Origin: Macrostomum lignano
Taxonomy: Eukaryota
DNA: 64,000 nucleotides
NCBI GenBank assembly: GCA_002269645.1
Contig: NIVC01001568.1
Span: 186,001-250,000 of the forward strand
Direction: 5' to 3'
Position numbers and translations under genes: made by a program. Below, one piece after another: positions 1 through 11,512 of this stretch (the stretch's first letter is position 1; each line of letters begins with the position of its first letter). The notes beneath the pieces are model-generated. The model made no database searches and was not told where the DNA came from. It saw only the letters and a list, made by a program, of their open reading frames with translations.

Positions 1-529
1 GTGAAAATCGGCCAGGGAGCAAAGTTGCGGCTCACCTGATACCCATAACTGAGAGATAAACTGGTGGCCTGACGTGCCAATCGATTGGAAGATGGGCTCT
101 TGACTGACCTCCACTAACCGCCTGACTCATCCTTGCAAACTAAGTAATAGCAAATAATCTATCACGCCCAGTAGCAACATGTTGATGTAGAATAACTTTA
201 GAATATTGCTGCGTCTGTCTTGCTAGCTAAGAGGAAATCCACCCCTCCAGCGGCAGGGAGTGACGTGTCTTAACATCTATAAAATAGACACGATCTCGGA
301 CCACGAGCGAGCACTCTCGCGACTCTAGCTTTATCTCTGGACTCCGTTTAGCAGTCCCACAAACATCTTAATTACTTATCGCTTGCGCTAAAGGCACGAA
401 AAAGAATCCGGTGCGATCTTGATGGCGAGCCCTCTGAGGCTCGGTTATAAAACTAAGAACAGCAATCCGCCAGACAAACTAACTAACGATGCCGAAGGCC
501 AAGGAGGGTCTTACATGACCCAAGCCTGG

Positions 530-1760
530 AGATCTAAGCCAAAACTAGGAATCTGACCCAAACATGGGGATCGCTGACCCAAACATGGGGATCTCTGACC
601 CAAACATGGGGATCTGACCCAAACATGGGGATCTGACCCAAACAGGGGATCTCTGACCCAAACATGGGGATCGCTGACAAAAAAACATGGGGATCTCTGA
701 CTCAACATGGGGATCTGAACCAAACATGGGGATCTCTGACCCAAACAGGGGATCTCTGACCGAAACATGGGGATCTGACCCAAACAGGGGATCTCTGACC
801 CAAACATGGGGATCGCTGACAAAAAAACATGGGGATCTCTGACCCAAACATGGGGATCTGACCCAAACATGGGGATCTGACCCAAACAGGGGATCTCTGA
901 CCCAAACATGGGGATCGCTGACAAAAAAACATGGGGATCTCTGACTCAACATGGGGATCTGAACCAAACATGGGGATCTCTGACCCAAACAGGGGATCTC
1001 TGACCGAAACATGGGGATCTGACCCAAACAGGGGATCTCTGACCCAAACATGGGGATCGCTGACAAAAAAACATGGGGATCTCTGACTCAACATGGGGAT
1101 CGCTGACCCAAACATGGGGATCTCTGACCCTAACCTGGGGATCTGACCCAAACCTGGGGATCTCTGACCCAAACATGGGGATCGCAGACCCAAACATGGG
1201 GATCGCTGACCCAAACATGGGGATCTCTGACCCAAACATGGGGATCGCTGACAAAAAAACATGGGGATCTCTGACTCAACATGGGGATCTGACCCAAACA
1301 TGGGGATCTCTGACCCAAACCTGGGGATCTCTGACCCATGCCTGGGGATCTGACCCAAAAATGGGGATCTCTGACCCAAACATGGGGATCTCTGACCCAA
1401 ACATGGGGATCGCTGACCCAAACCTGGGGATTTCTGACCCAAACCTGGGGATCTCTGACCCAAACATGGGGATCGCAGACCCAAACATGGGGATCGCTGA
1501 CCCAAACATGGGGATCTCTGACCCTAACCTGGGGATCTGACCCAAACATGGGGATCTGACCCAAACATGGGGATCGCTGACCCAAACATGGGGATCTCTG
1601 ACCCTAACCTGGGGATCTGACCCAAACATGAGGATCTCTGACCCAAACATGGGGATCTGACCCAAACATGGGGATCGCTGACCCAAACATGGGGATCGCT
1701 GACCCAAACATGGGGATCTGACCCAAAATGGGGATCTCTGACCTAAACTTGGGGATCCGA
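530..1760. repeat. Minisatellite, 19-21 bp unit (GACCCAAACATGGGGATCTCT-like)
   Basis: Tandem copies visible directly; explains the repetitive ORFs at 511-1891. Confidence 0.97.
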
Positions 1761-2050
1761 GACAAACATAGTGAATATAAGCCGCAAAACAAAAAGGCAT
1801 CAGAACGCGTGATAACAGCAGATATCTTAGCTTGAACTCCAACAAATTTTCCAGGGGCAACTGTACTCGTATGTAAGCAATATGCCGCCAACTAGTCGAA
1901 GAGCTGCTATATTTCTAAATTTCCAGATATGAGCACTGCTTTCAACTGAAAGATAAGCGTCAATGTTTCTGTGAAATTGTATACGAGTATATAAAATCAG
2001 GCAATTTTCTCAGTTGCCTACTACAAGTAGCACAGCGATTCATTGACTGG

Positions 2051-5000
2051 TCAATCAGGCAGCTCCAGAGGCTGGTCATACGGCAGCAGGTCCGGGTGGT
2101 AGACGTCCTCCGGGTATCCGCCCTCGGGCGCGTCCTCAGCGAAGTAGGTCGGCATCGGCGGCGGGTTGGCGTCCAGCGAGCGGCGAACGTCAAGCATCCA
2201 GGAGTCCATGATCTGCCGACAGGGGTAAACAAAAAGAGTAACTATGCCTTTTGTTTCAATGTAAAATTCCTCGTCATCTGAAAACTGAAAAGCCGGATAA
2301 ACGCAGGAGCCTGGGTGAACAGTGGCAGCAACTATCACTTGCACCAAGGGGTCGGCAAACTTTTTTACCTCCAGATAAAGAATCCAGCTCATGACTTGCG
2401 GGCTAGATGAGAGGGGAAAGGAGAGGGAATGCAAGATAAGAGATGAAAAGAGAGGGTAAAAGAGATGATAGTGAGAGAAAATATAGAAGATAAGAGGAGA
2501 GAAGAGGGCAGAGAGAGGAGAGGGGAGAGAGGATAGGGGAGAGGAGACTGAGTGAGGAGAGGAGAGAGAGGGAGAGAAGTGAGTGGAGAAAGGCGAGAGG
2601 AGAGGAGAGAAGAGAGAGGAGAAAAGATAGGGAGAGAAGAGAGAGAAGAGAGAGGAGAGAAGAGAGAGGAGAGAGGAGAGAAGAGAGAGGAGAGAGGAGA
2701 GAAGAGAGAGGAGAAAAGATAGGGAGAGAAGAGAGAGAGGAGAGAGGAGAGAAGAGAGAGGAGAGAGGAGAGAGGAGAGAGGAGAGAAGAGAGAGGAGAG
2801 AGGAGAGAAGAGAGAGGAGAGAGGAGAGAAGAGAGAGGAGAAAAGATAGGGAGATTAGAGAGAGGAGAGAGGAGAGAGGAGAGAAGAGAGAGGAGAAAAG
2901 AGAGGGAGAGAAGAGAGTGGAGAGAGGGAGAGGAGAGGGAGAAAGGCGAGGCGAGAGGGAAAAGAGAAGAGGGAAGGGGAGAGAGGAGAGGAGAGAAGAG
3001 AGAGAGAGGAGAGGGGAGAGAGGAGAGAAGAGAGAGAGGAGAGGAGAGGGGAGGGGAGAGGAAGAAATGTCTGGGTAAACAGCGGGAGCTTCCAGATTCG
3101 TTCGCCATCTAACCTGAGCAGCAGTTCTCACCTGACAATAGGAATGCGGCGGCCCGGGAGTGAAGCCTTTGATGAACAGCAGCCGGTGCTTGGTGTTGAC
3201 CCGCAGCACCGGCAGGGAGCGGGCCGCCCGGAACCGGTTGCCCATGACGCCCGGCATTCGCTTGCCGCGGTAGATCGGCCCGCCGCCGCCGGCCGCGCTG
3301 CCCATCTTGCGGTGGAACTTCGTGCTGCCGTGTGCCGCAGGGCCGCCTTCCATCAGGTGGCGCTCCATGACGCCCTAGGGGGTTCGAATAGTTCGATGCT
3401 CATGCTGACACTAGGGACTTGGAGGCTCGGGTTGATAGCATCACCTTCGATTCAGTCATACTGATCCCAGATTCAGTCAGACTGACCCTAGATTTAGTCA
3501 TTGTGACACTATATGCAGTCATACTGACCTTGGATTCAGCCATACTGGCCCTAGATTCAGTCAGACTCACCCTAGATTCAGTCAGACTCACCCTAGATTC
3601 AGTCATACTGACCTTAGATTGTCATAACCGACACCAGATGGTCATACTGACACTAGATTCAGTCATACTGACCTTAGATTGTCATAACCGACACCAGATG
3701 GTCATACTGACACTAGATTCAGTCATACTGACCTTAGATTGTCATAACCGACACCAGATGGTCATACTGACACTAGATTCGGTCATACTGACCTTAGATT
3801 GTCATAACCGACACCAGATGGTCATACTGACACTAGATTCAGTCATACTGACCTTAGATTGTCATAACCGACACCAGATGGTCATACTGACACTAGATTC
3901 GGTCATACTGACCTTAGATTGTCATAACCGACACCAGATGGTCATACTGACACTAGATTCGGTCATACTGACCTTAGATTGTCATAACCGACACCATATG
4001 GTCATACTGACACTAGATTCGGTCATACTGACCTTAGATTGTCATAACCGACACCAGATGGTCATACTGACACTAGATTCGGTCAGAGCGAACAAACTTG
4101 AGCCAAGCGACTCACCTGGAAGCCGCGATTGACTGTCCGGGCGACCACATCAACGCAGTCGCCCACGCGGAAGTGGTGCAGCCCCAGACAGGCCCCCGGC
4201 TGCAGAGCGGCATCCGGGCTGACCAGAAACCGGGAGATCTTCCGCATCGGCGGCAGGCCGGCTGCCTTGAAGATGCCGCACCACTGGGCGGTGAAGTTGG
4301 CGGGGTCGGCTGGCACGGCGCCAACAAGCTGGAGGCCCCAGCGCTGCTGGGTGAGCCAGCGGGGCAGTAAGCTTTGGTTCAGGCGGTAGGGCCGCATCTC
4401 ACGCAGGGAGGCGTAGCTGCTCAGGGGCAGTGAGCAAAGCAGTGAGAGCATTGAGAACCTCGTGTATCTGACTGACTATTGCCAACAATTATCTCTAAAT
4501 CCGTAAAAGAGAATCCCAGAAATCAATTAACTACAAGTGCAGACTGACAGCCTTAAACTCATCCATGTAATTCACAGAATCCTCAGATCGCAAACTTCGA
4601 GTACATTCCTCAAATCCCCAAAACTGGAATCCTCAAACCCCCAAAACTGGAATCCTCAAACCCCTAAAACTGTAATTCTCAAATCCCCAAAACTGGAATC
4701 CTCAAATCCCTAAAACTGGGATCCTCAAATCCCCAAAACTGGGATCCTCAAAACCCAAAAACTGGGATCCTCAAATCCCTAAAACTGGGATTCTCAAATC
4801 CCTAAAACTGGAATCCTCAAATCCCCAAACTGGGATTCTCAAATCCCCAAAATTGGGATCCTCAAATCCCAGAGTCGAATCTCAGAAACCGCAAGCTCCA
4901 ATCCCACAAGCCCAAAGCAGAAGGCCCAATTCAACAAGGGAACAGGCCCGGACAGCAGGCAGACTGAGTGCAGACTGACAGCCTTAAACTCATCCATGTA

Positions 5001-6253
5001 ATTCACAGAATCCTCAGATCGCAAACTTCGAGTACATTCCTCAAATCCCCAAAACTGGAATCCTCAAACCCCCAAAACTGGAATCCTCAAACCCCTAAAA
5101 CTGTAATTCTCAAATCCCCAAAACTGGAATCCTCAAATCCCTAAAACTGGGATCCTCAAATCCCCAAAACTGGGATCCTCAAAACCCAAAAACTGGGATC
5201 CTCAAATCCCTAAAACTGGGATTCTCAAATCCCTAAAACTGGAATCCTTAAATCCCCAAAACTGAAATCATTAAATCCCTAAAACTGGGATCCTCAAATC
5301 CCCAAAACTGGGATCCTCAAATCCCCAAAACTGGGATCCTCAAATCCCCAAAACTGGGATCCTCAAATCCCCAAAACTGGGATCCTCAAATCCCCAAACT
5401 GGGATTCTCAAATCCCTAAAACTGGAATCCTTAAATCCCTAAAACTGAAATCATTAAATCCCTAAAACTGGAATCCTTAAATCCCTAAAACTGAAATTAA
5501 ATCCCTAAAACTGGAATCCTTAAATCCCTAAAACTGGAATCATTAAATCCCTAAGACTGGGATCCTCAAATCCCCAAAACTAGGATCTTCAAATCCCTAA
5601 AACTGGGATCCTCAAATCCCCAAAACTAGGATCTTCAAATCCCCAAAACTGGAATCCTCAAATCCCCAAACTGGGATTCTCAAATCCCCAAAATTGGGAT
5701 CCTCAAATCCCAGAGTCGAATCTCAGAAACCGCAAGCTCCAATCCCACAAGCCCAAAGCAGAAGGCCCAATTCAACAAGGGAACAGGCCCGGACAGCAGG
5801 CAGAAGTGCAACTCACTTTCCCAGATCCTCAGGCGGCACCCAGCGCAGCACCCGCTGGTCGGGAATCTGCACGACAGTCGTGTGCACCTTCTGGCCGTTG
5901 CGGTACCACATCGGCAGGATGCCCAGCTTGATGCCGACCAGGCCGCAGCGCTGGCTCACCCGAGGAGTCCACAGCGGCCTCGCCGCAGGCGGCTCCTTCA
6001 ACGGGCTGGCGGCGGCGGCCGCCTCGCTGCTACTCGCAACGGCGTCTCGCACCCGCTGCAGGCGCCACTGCCGCAGCCAGTCGCGATTCTCCGGCGTCAG
6101 GTCGGCGTCTACCCGGCGCGCCTCGAACTGGCGAACCCAGTGCGGCTTCGGCTCGTCCTTCCACGGGTAGTCGATTTTGTGCAGCCGGGTGGCCTTGCTG
6201 TAGGACCGGCAGCTGGGGACCAGGCGGAGCCACGTATGGGGCGCCGTTGCCAT
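2051..6253 (-). CDS. MRPL3: Mitochondrial ribosomal protein uL3m; 4 exons: 6253-5817, 4416-4116, 3374-3132, 2212-2051 (380 aa)
   Basis: Motifs RCGLVGIKLGILPMWYRNGQKVHTTVVQ, HHFRVGDCVDVVARTVNRGFQ|GVMERH, AHGSTKFHRKMG, RMPGVMGN and PMPTYF match the uL3 family. GT/AG boundaries have compatible phases (2,0,0) and the ATG is in a GCCATGG context. The start codon is the least certain part. Confidence 0.93.
2345..3062. mobile_element. hAT-like terminal sequence (CAAGGGGTCGGCAAAC) followed by a ~650 bp GA-rich low-complexity tract, in MRPL3 intron 3
   Basis: Terminus resembles the ends of the MITE at 41997-42633. No second end or TSD is recognisable. Confidence 0.5.
3460..4085. repeat. Tandem repeat, 60 bp unit, in MRPL3 intron 2
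   Basis: Line-to-line identity at 3601-4080. Confidence 0.97.
4540..5803. repeat. Tandemly duplicated intronic block containing a ~21 bp minisatellite (CTCAAATCCCCAAAACTGGGATC), in MRPL3 intron 1
   Basis: Unique flanks GCAGACTGACAGCCTTAAAC... (about 4540 and 4970) and ...GGACAGCAGGCAGA (about 4963 and 5803) each occur twice. Confidence 0.92.
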
Positions 6254-6421
6254 GGCGACAATCAGCTGGCTGCTCAAAGCTGGTGCGGAGGCCGCTGAAA
6301 CCATGGGACAGCGCTTGAGAACTAAGCATGGCAATCAGGAAATTGAATATTGTTATCGGGTAAGGGATTTTAGCGTTTCGGGTCTTTTGAGACTTTGGAA
6401 CTTGTAGGACTTTAGCAAGAT

Positions 6422-6950
6422 TCAAGATAGAATGATGAGATTCAGGATGGGGATCCTGAGATCCAGGATGAAGATCATAAGATTCAGGTTGGGGATCATG
6501 AGATTCAGGATGGGGATCGTGAGATTCAGAATGGGGATCATAAGATTCAGGATGGGGATCATGAGATTCAGGATGGGGATCATGAGATTCAGGATGGGGA
6601 TCATGAGATTCAGGATGGGGATCGTGAGATTCAGAATGGGGATCATGAGATTCAGGATGGGGATCATGAGATTCAGGATGGGGATCATAAGATTTAGGAT
6701 GGGGATTATGAGATTCAGGATGGGGATCATAAGATTTAGGATGGGGATCATGAGATTCAGAATGGGGATCGTGAGATTCAGGATGGGGATCATGAGATTC
6801 AGAATGGGGATCGTGAGATTCAGGATGGGGATCATAAGATTCAGGATGGGGATTATGAGATTCAGAATGGGGATCGTGAGATTCAGGATGGGGATCATAA
6901 GCTTCAGGATGGGGATTATGAGATTCAGGATGGGGATTATGAGATTCAGC
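6422..6950. repeat. Minisatellite, 21 bp unit (ATGAGATTCAGGATGGGGATC), between MRPS6 and MRPL3
   Basis: Direct tandem copies. Confidence 0.97.
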
Positions 6951-7110
6951 TAGTAATTTTTAGAAAGAACTGTGGCTCAGACAAGAAAAAAACAAAAAAG
7001 CAGAACTGTACTAGAGAAAAATTAGATTGCAAAATTTCTCAAATATATTAACAGTATAATAAAAGCAAAACTCAAGCTATCCTACTCAAAGTAAGCTAAA
7101 CAGCGCCCAT

Positions 7111-7515
7111 TCAATAATGCCTATAGCCTCGCTTAACAGCATAGGCCTGTTCAAAGTTCGGCTTGTCCTTCTCGCCGAACTTGCACTGCTCGCCAGTTGA
7201 GCAGGGCCGCACCCAGTCGGCCTCGGTTTTGTCGCACACGTGGCCGCGAATCATGAAAGGGTCGAGGCGCTGCAGCGGCCGCAGGCGGTCCTTCACCCCT
7301 GGCGGCGACTCGAAGTGCACCAGGAAGTAGTGCCCGACCAGCGGCTTGTCGCCCACGGGAGCCCGCATGTTCAGTGGCAGCCGGCGCTCGCCCAAGTTGT
7401 CAACGGAGCGAATGACGGCGCCGCAGCGCAGCAGGTGGCCGAGGTTGCTGCGGAGGCCCGCCGCCACGTCTGCGCGACTGGCGCACTTCAGGATCAGCGT
7501 CTGCTCGAAACCCGG
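7111..7515 (-). CDS. MRPS6: Mitochondrial ribosomal protein bS6m; coding exon starts right after acceptor TTGCAG and lacks its own ATG
   Basis: PGFEQTLILK...RCGAVIRSVDNLGERRLP...GHYFLVHFESP...DPFMIRG aligns with the bS6 pattern (MPxYELxLILK...GAIVRxLENLGERxLPY...GxYFLVxF). An in-frame TGA lies 7 codons upstream of the acceptor. Confidence 0.88.
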   Translation of the reverse strand, partial: PGFEQTLILKCASRADVAAGLRSNLGHLLRCGAVIRSVDNLGERRLPLNMRAPVGDKPLVGHYFLVHFESPPGVKDRLRPLQRLDPFMIRGHVCDKTEADWVRPCSTGEQCKFGEKDKPNFEQAYAVKRGYRHY

Positions 7516-7534
7516 CTGCAATGGCGCGGAGTGA

Positions 7535-7912
7535 TTTCACTCTGATGTCTTGCAATAGGAGTGACTTCACCCTGATGGCTTGCAACTGGAGTGAATTCAC
7601 TCTGATGCTTGTAATTGAAGTGACTTCACTCTGATGCCTTGCAATCGGAGTGAATTCACCCTGATGACTTGCAATTGGAGTGACTTCACTCTAATCGAGT
7701 AGCTTTGGAATAGGAGTGACTTCACTCTAATCGAGTAGCTTTGGAATAGGAGTGACTTCACTCTAATCGAGTAGCTTTGGAATAGGAGTGACTTCACTCT
7801 AATCGAGTAGCTTTGGAATAGGAGTGACTTCACTCTAATCTAGTAGTGTTAGAACAGGAGTGACTTCACTCTGATCTAGTAGCTTTTGGATGGGAGTGAC
7901 TTCACTCTGATG
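7535..7912. repeat. Minisatellite, ~34-43 bp units (GGAGTGACTTCACTCT core), abutting the MRPS6 acceptor
   Basis: Direct tandem copies. Confidence 0.93.
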
Positions 7913-8549
7913 TGAAGACTAACATTAAAAAAGACAGTTAATAAATCACTCCAATAATAATTATTAACAAACGGGACTTACCCGTCAGCCACTTCCCTAC
8001 TTGCATCAAGCTAAAATAAATTAAAAATGAGGAACCTGATTGTAATGTTGACGCGAATAGCCGGGGTTTATTGACGATATTTTCAGAGCCAATCGGCTAA
8101 AAGTTACTAACAAATTTACAAAAAAAGTATTGAACCAGCGCATAAAAAATAAAACAACATGCGCACTTTCCAGCTAGCATTGAGACCAGATTATAGAGAC
8201 ACAAGAAAAGCTAAAAGTACTTTAGCCAAAGCGTGCAGGACAATAAAAATCAGCGGGCAGGAATAACAGTTATTATAAACTTGCTTTGTAGAAATTTTGT
8301 GATAAAAATAGTTACAAAATACGCATGCAAAAACCGGACGCTGGCAGTAGTAAAATAAGTGCTGTGACAGACGCAATTTCAAATTTCAGAATTTGTGCAA
8401 AAAGAGCAATAAAGAAATGCAATTAAAATTGTACAAGTTGACAAAGAGTTCGACAAACAACTTTGACTGAATAGTGAGTTGAGTACAGATAATTATTGTC
8501 AGCTTGATAGAAAATAAACAGATATGGTAAATACACTACATACTTTGGC

Positions 8550-8735
8550 CAATTGGGTCATTGAGTCACCTGATCACGCTATGTACTCTTAAGGATGATT
8601 GGGTCATTGAGTCACCTGATCATGCTATGTACTCTTGTGGGTAATTGGGCCATTGAGTCACCTGATCATGCTATGTACTCTTGTGGATGATTGGGTCATT
8701 GAGTCACCTGATCACGCAATGTACTCTTGTGGATA
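8550..8735. repeat. Short tandem repeat, ~45 bp unit (TTGGGTCATTGAGTCACCTGATC...), 4 copies, in the NF-YC 3' region
   Basis: Direct copies. Confidence 0.9.
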
Positions 8736-8766
8736 ATCTCAATGACCTTAAATGACCCCGCTCAAC

Positions 8767-10600
8767 TCAAAGGCCGGCAAAGCTGATTGGCACGGGGCCA
8801 GACAGACCCAGCTGGGCGATGTCCGGCTTTACATCCAGGGCCTCCTGCTGGACGTCGGAGGCGGCGGCCGCGGTGGCAAAGTGCAGCACAGGCTGCTGGT
8901 GCCCGCCGGCTGGATGGTCCTGGCTGGACACGAAGGCCAACTGCATTGGCTGCTGCTGGCCGCCAGGCATTTGAATAACATACTGCACCTGCTGCTGCGG
9001 CTGATGCGACGAGGTGACAACGGTGACAGCAGCTGGCTGAGCCGGAGTCTGGTGCTCCATCAGCTCGGCAGTGAGGGAGGCGTGGCCAGTCGCAGCGGCG
9101 GCAGACGCAGCAGAGACAGGCGCAGGTGCAGCAGCGGAAGCCGCCGCAGGCGCAGAGGCGGATCGGGCCGGGGTGGCGGGCAGCTGCTGCGGTTCCTCGC
9201 GCGGCACAATGTCGATGAGGAAGTCGAACTGGTCGGTGTCCTGGTCGTAGACGCTGGCGGAGATGTCGATGCGTTGCAAAGTTCGCCGGCGCTGCCGCTC
9301 CGTGTGCGACCAGGCGCGAAGGGTCAGCTCCTGCGGGATGCGGGCGGGATGGCAGCGATGGGAGCCGGTGCGGGACTCAGGGAAAGACAGCCACTTGCCG
9401 AGAGGCTTGGGGACAGCGTCAGACCTATCATTGGCGCGTCAGCACTGCATGGCAGTTTCGCTACAAATTGCTCAGTAGATTTCATCATTAATTGCTCAGA
9501 GAATGTACTTTAATTCTCCGAGGGGAAAACAGGCTGGGCTTATCAACTTAGAAATATCCCATGAAAGAACTGATTCATCCCAATATCCCAGCTGCCTGAT
9601 TTATCCCAACATCTCAGTTGCCTGATTCATCCCAATATCCCAGTTGCATGATTTATCCAATATCCCAGCTGCCTGATTCATCCCAATATCCCCTGATTTA
9701 TCCCAACATCCCAGTTGCCTGATTCATCCCAATATCCCCTGATTTATCCCAATATCCCAGTTGCCTGATTCATCCCAATATCCCCTGATTTATCCCAATA
9801 TCCCAGCTACCTGATTCATCCCAATATCCCCTGATTTATCCCAATATCCCAGTTGCCTGATTCATCCCAATATCCCCTGATTTATCCCAATATCCCAGCT
9901 ACCTGATTTATCCCAATATCCCAGCTACCTGATTTATCCCAATATCCCAGCTGCCTGATTTATCCCAATATCCCAGTTGCATGATTCATCCTAATACCCC
10001 AGCTGCCTGATTTATCCCAATATCCCATCTACCTGATTTATCCCAATATCGCATCTACCTGATTTATCCCAATATCCCAGTTGCCTGATTCATCCCAATA
10101 TCCCAGCTGCCTGATTTATCCCAATATCCCAGTTGCATGATTTATCCCAATACCCCAGCTGCCTGATTTATCCCAATATCCCATCTACCTGATTTATCCC
10201 AATATCCCAGCTGCCAGATTTATCCCAATATCTCATCTACCTGATTCATCCCAATATCCCAGCTGCCTGATTCATCCCAATATCCCAACTGCCAGATTCA
10301 TCCCAATATTCGATGCTCAAGGCACATAATTGATCCCTATTATCCCCAACTATAGCATACTGCCCCAACCTTGATGAGCAGCTCGGCAGCTTTGGAGAAC
10401 AGCAGAGGCGCCTCCGCGGCGATCATCATCCCGCGCACATCATCGTCCAGCTTCATGATCTTCTTGATTCGCGCCAGCGGCAGCTCAGAGTTCTTAAAGG
10501 CGGCCGTGTCGGCGGGCAGGGCGGCGATCTCCCTGGCCTCGTCCTGCATCAGCCTGGCGATGCGGGCGCCCAACAGCGAAATGGAATTGACGTTGGCCAT
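8767..10600 (-). CDS. NFYC: Nuclear transcription factor Y subunit C; 2 exons: 10600-10370 and 9330-8767; Ala/Gln-rich C-terminus
   Basis: Histone fold [36 protein letters not shown]|[35 protein letters not shown]; phase-0 GT/AG intron. Confidence 0.95.
9570..10310. repeat. Minisatellite, ~20-25 bp unit (CTGATTTATCCCAATATCCCAGCTGC), in the NF-YC intron
   Basis: Direct tandem copies. Confidence 0.96.
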
Positions 10601-10689
10601 GTGGCTCAAGCTGCTGGAACTGGAATGTGGGCACCTAAATTGATAAAGCATCTCAGAATACCAACCCATTCTTAACTATTACTCACATC

Positions 10690-10920
10690 CCAATCTCCCC
10701 TTTGAGTCCCTATCTCTCCTCAGAATCCCAATCTCCCCTTAGAGTGCCTATCTCCCCTCAGAATCCCAATCTCCCCTTAGAGTGCCTATCTCCCCTCAGA
10801 ATCCCAATCTCCCCTTAGAGTGCCTATCTCCCCTCAGAATCCCAATCTCCCCTTAGAGTGCTTATCTCCCCTCAGAATCCCAATCTCACCTTGGAGTTTT
10901 AATTTCACCTCAGAGTCCCA
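10690..10920. repeat. Tandem repeat, 37 bp unit (ATCTCCCCTCAGAATCCCAATCTCCCCTTAGAGTGCCT)
   Basis: Direct copies between RPS12 and NF-YC. Confidence 0.92.
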
Positions 10921-11512
10921 ACTGGCGCTATTTACAATCCATGCCTTCTGGAGTCATATCGGGTGCATCAATAACTCTTTTTGGTAAGACAGCCACAGCA
11001 ACTACGTGAATCCCCTTAGCTATCCTTAGCAACCATCTGTAAATTCTTATAATAATCTCATGATTCATCTGAATCCTTGGTTAATCTAATAGTACTAATA
11101 ATCTGGAGCTACCACCTGGATACTCGCATTTCATTAACCCATAGCAACTATTCCCAAAACAACAGAACACAAATAGTTTCCAAAAACGGCCATCTCGCAG
11201 GACAAGCTCGAACTGGCAGGCCAATGCGCCGGGGTTGCCACCGCATTTCACTTTCCACATCTCTGCGCTCTGTCTGCAGCGGATCGGCACGCAAGTTAGT
11301 AAAGAGTCGCCTATCTGTTCTCCTTTAATATTCAGACAAATATTACAAGCCATCGCCATGATAACGAAATCATTGATTAATAATTATTAATAGCACGCGC
11401 AATATCTGATATAATTTAACGATAACAAATCAATCCCGAATTCGGATATCAAATAAGCTGCGCTGATGTGGCTTCCAGTTTCGCCCTTTGTCCAGCCTCC
11501 GTTCGCCTCAGA

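Noticed and set aside
511-1891. Overlapping repetitive ORFs (GSDP/QRSPC repeats)
   Set aside because: Translations of a minisatellite, open in several frames on both strands, with no unique domain.
2389-3108. Leu/Ser/Pro-rich ORFs resembling membrane proteins
   Set aside because: GA/CT low-complexity tract inside MRPL3 intron 3.
3419-4132. 237-aa repeat ORF, and the similar ORFs at 6422-6953, 13010-13510 and 49225-50026
   Set aside because: Stop-free translations of tandem repeats in introns or spacers; no signal peptide or cleavage logic, unlike the 27 kb precursor.
6254-6334. Upstream ATGs extending MRPL3 (MPCLVLK..., MVSAAS...)
   Set aside because: They lie at or before the likely TTTCAG acceptor; the ATG at 6253 has the better context. 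Not fully excluded.
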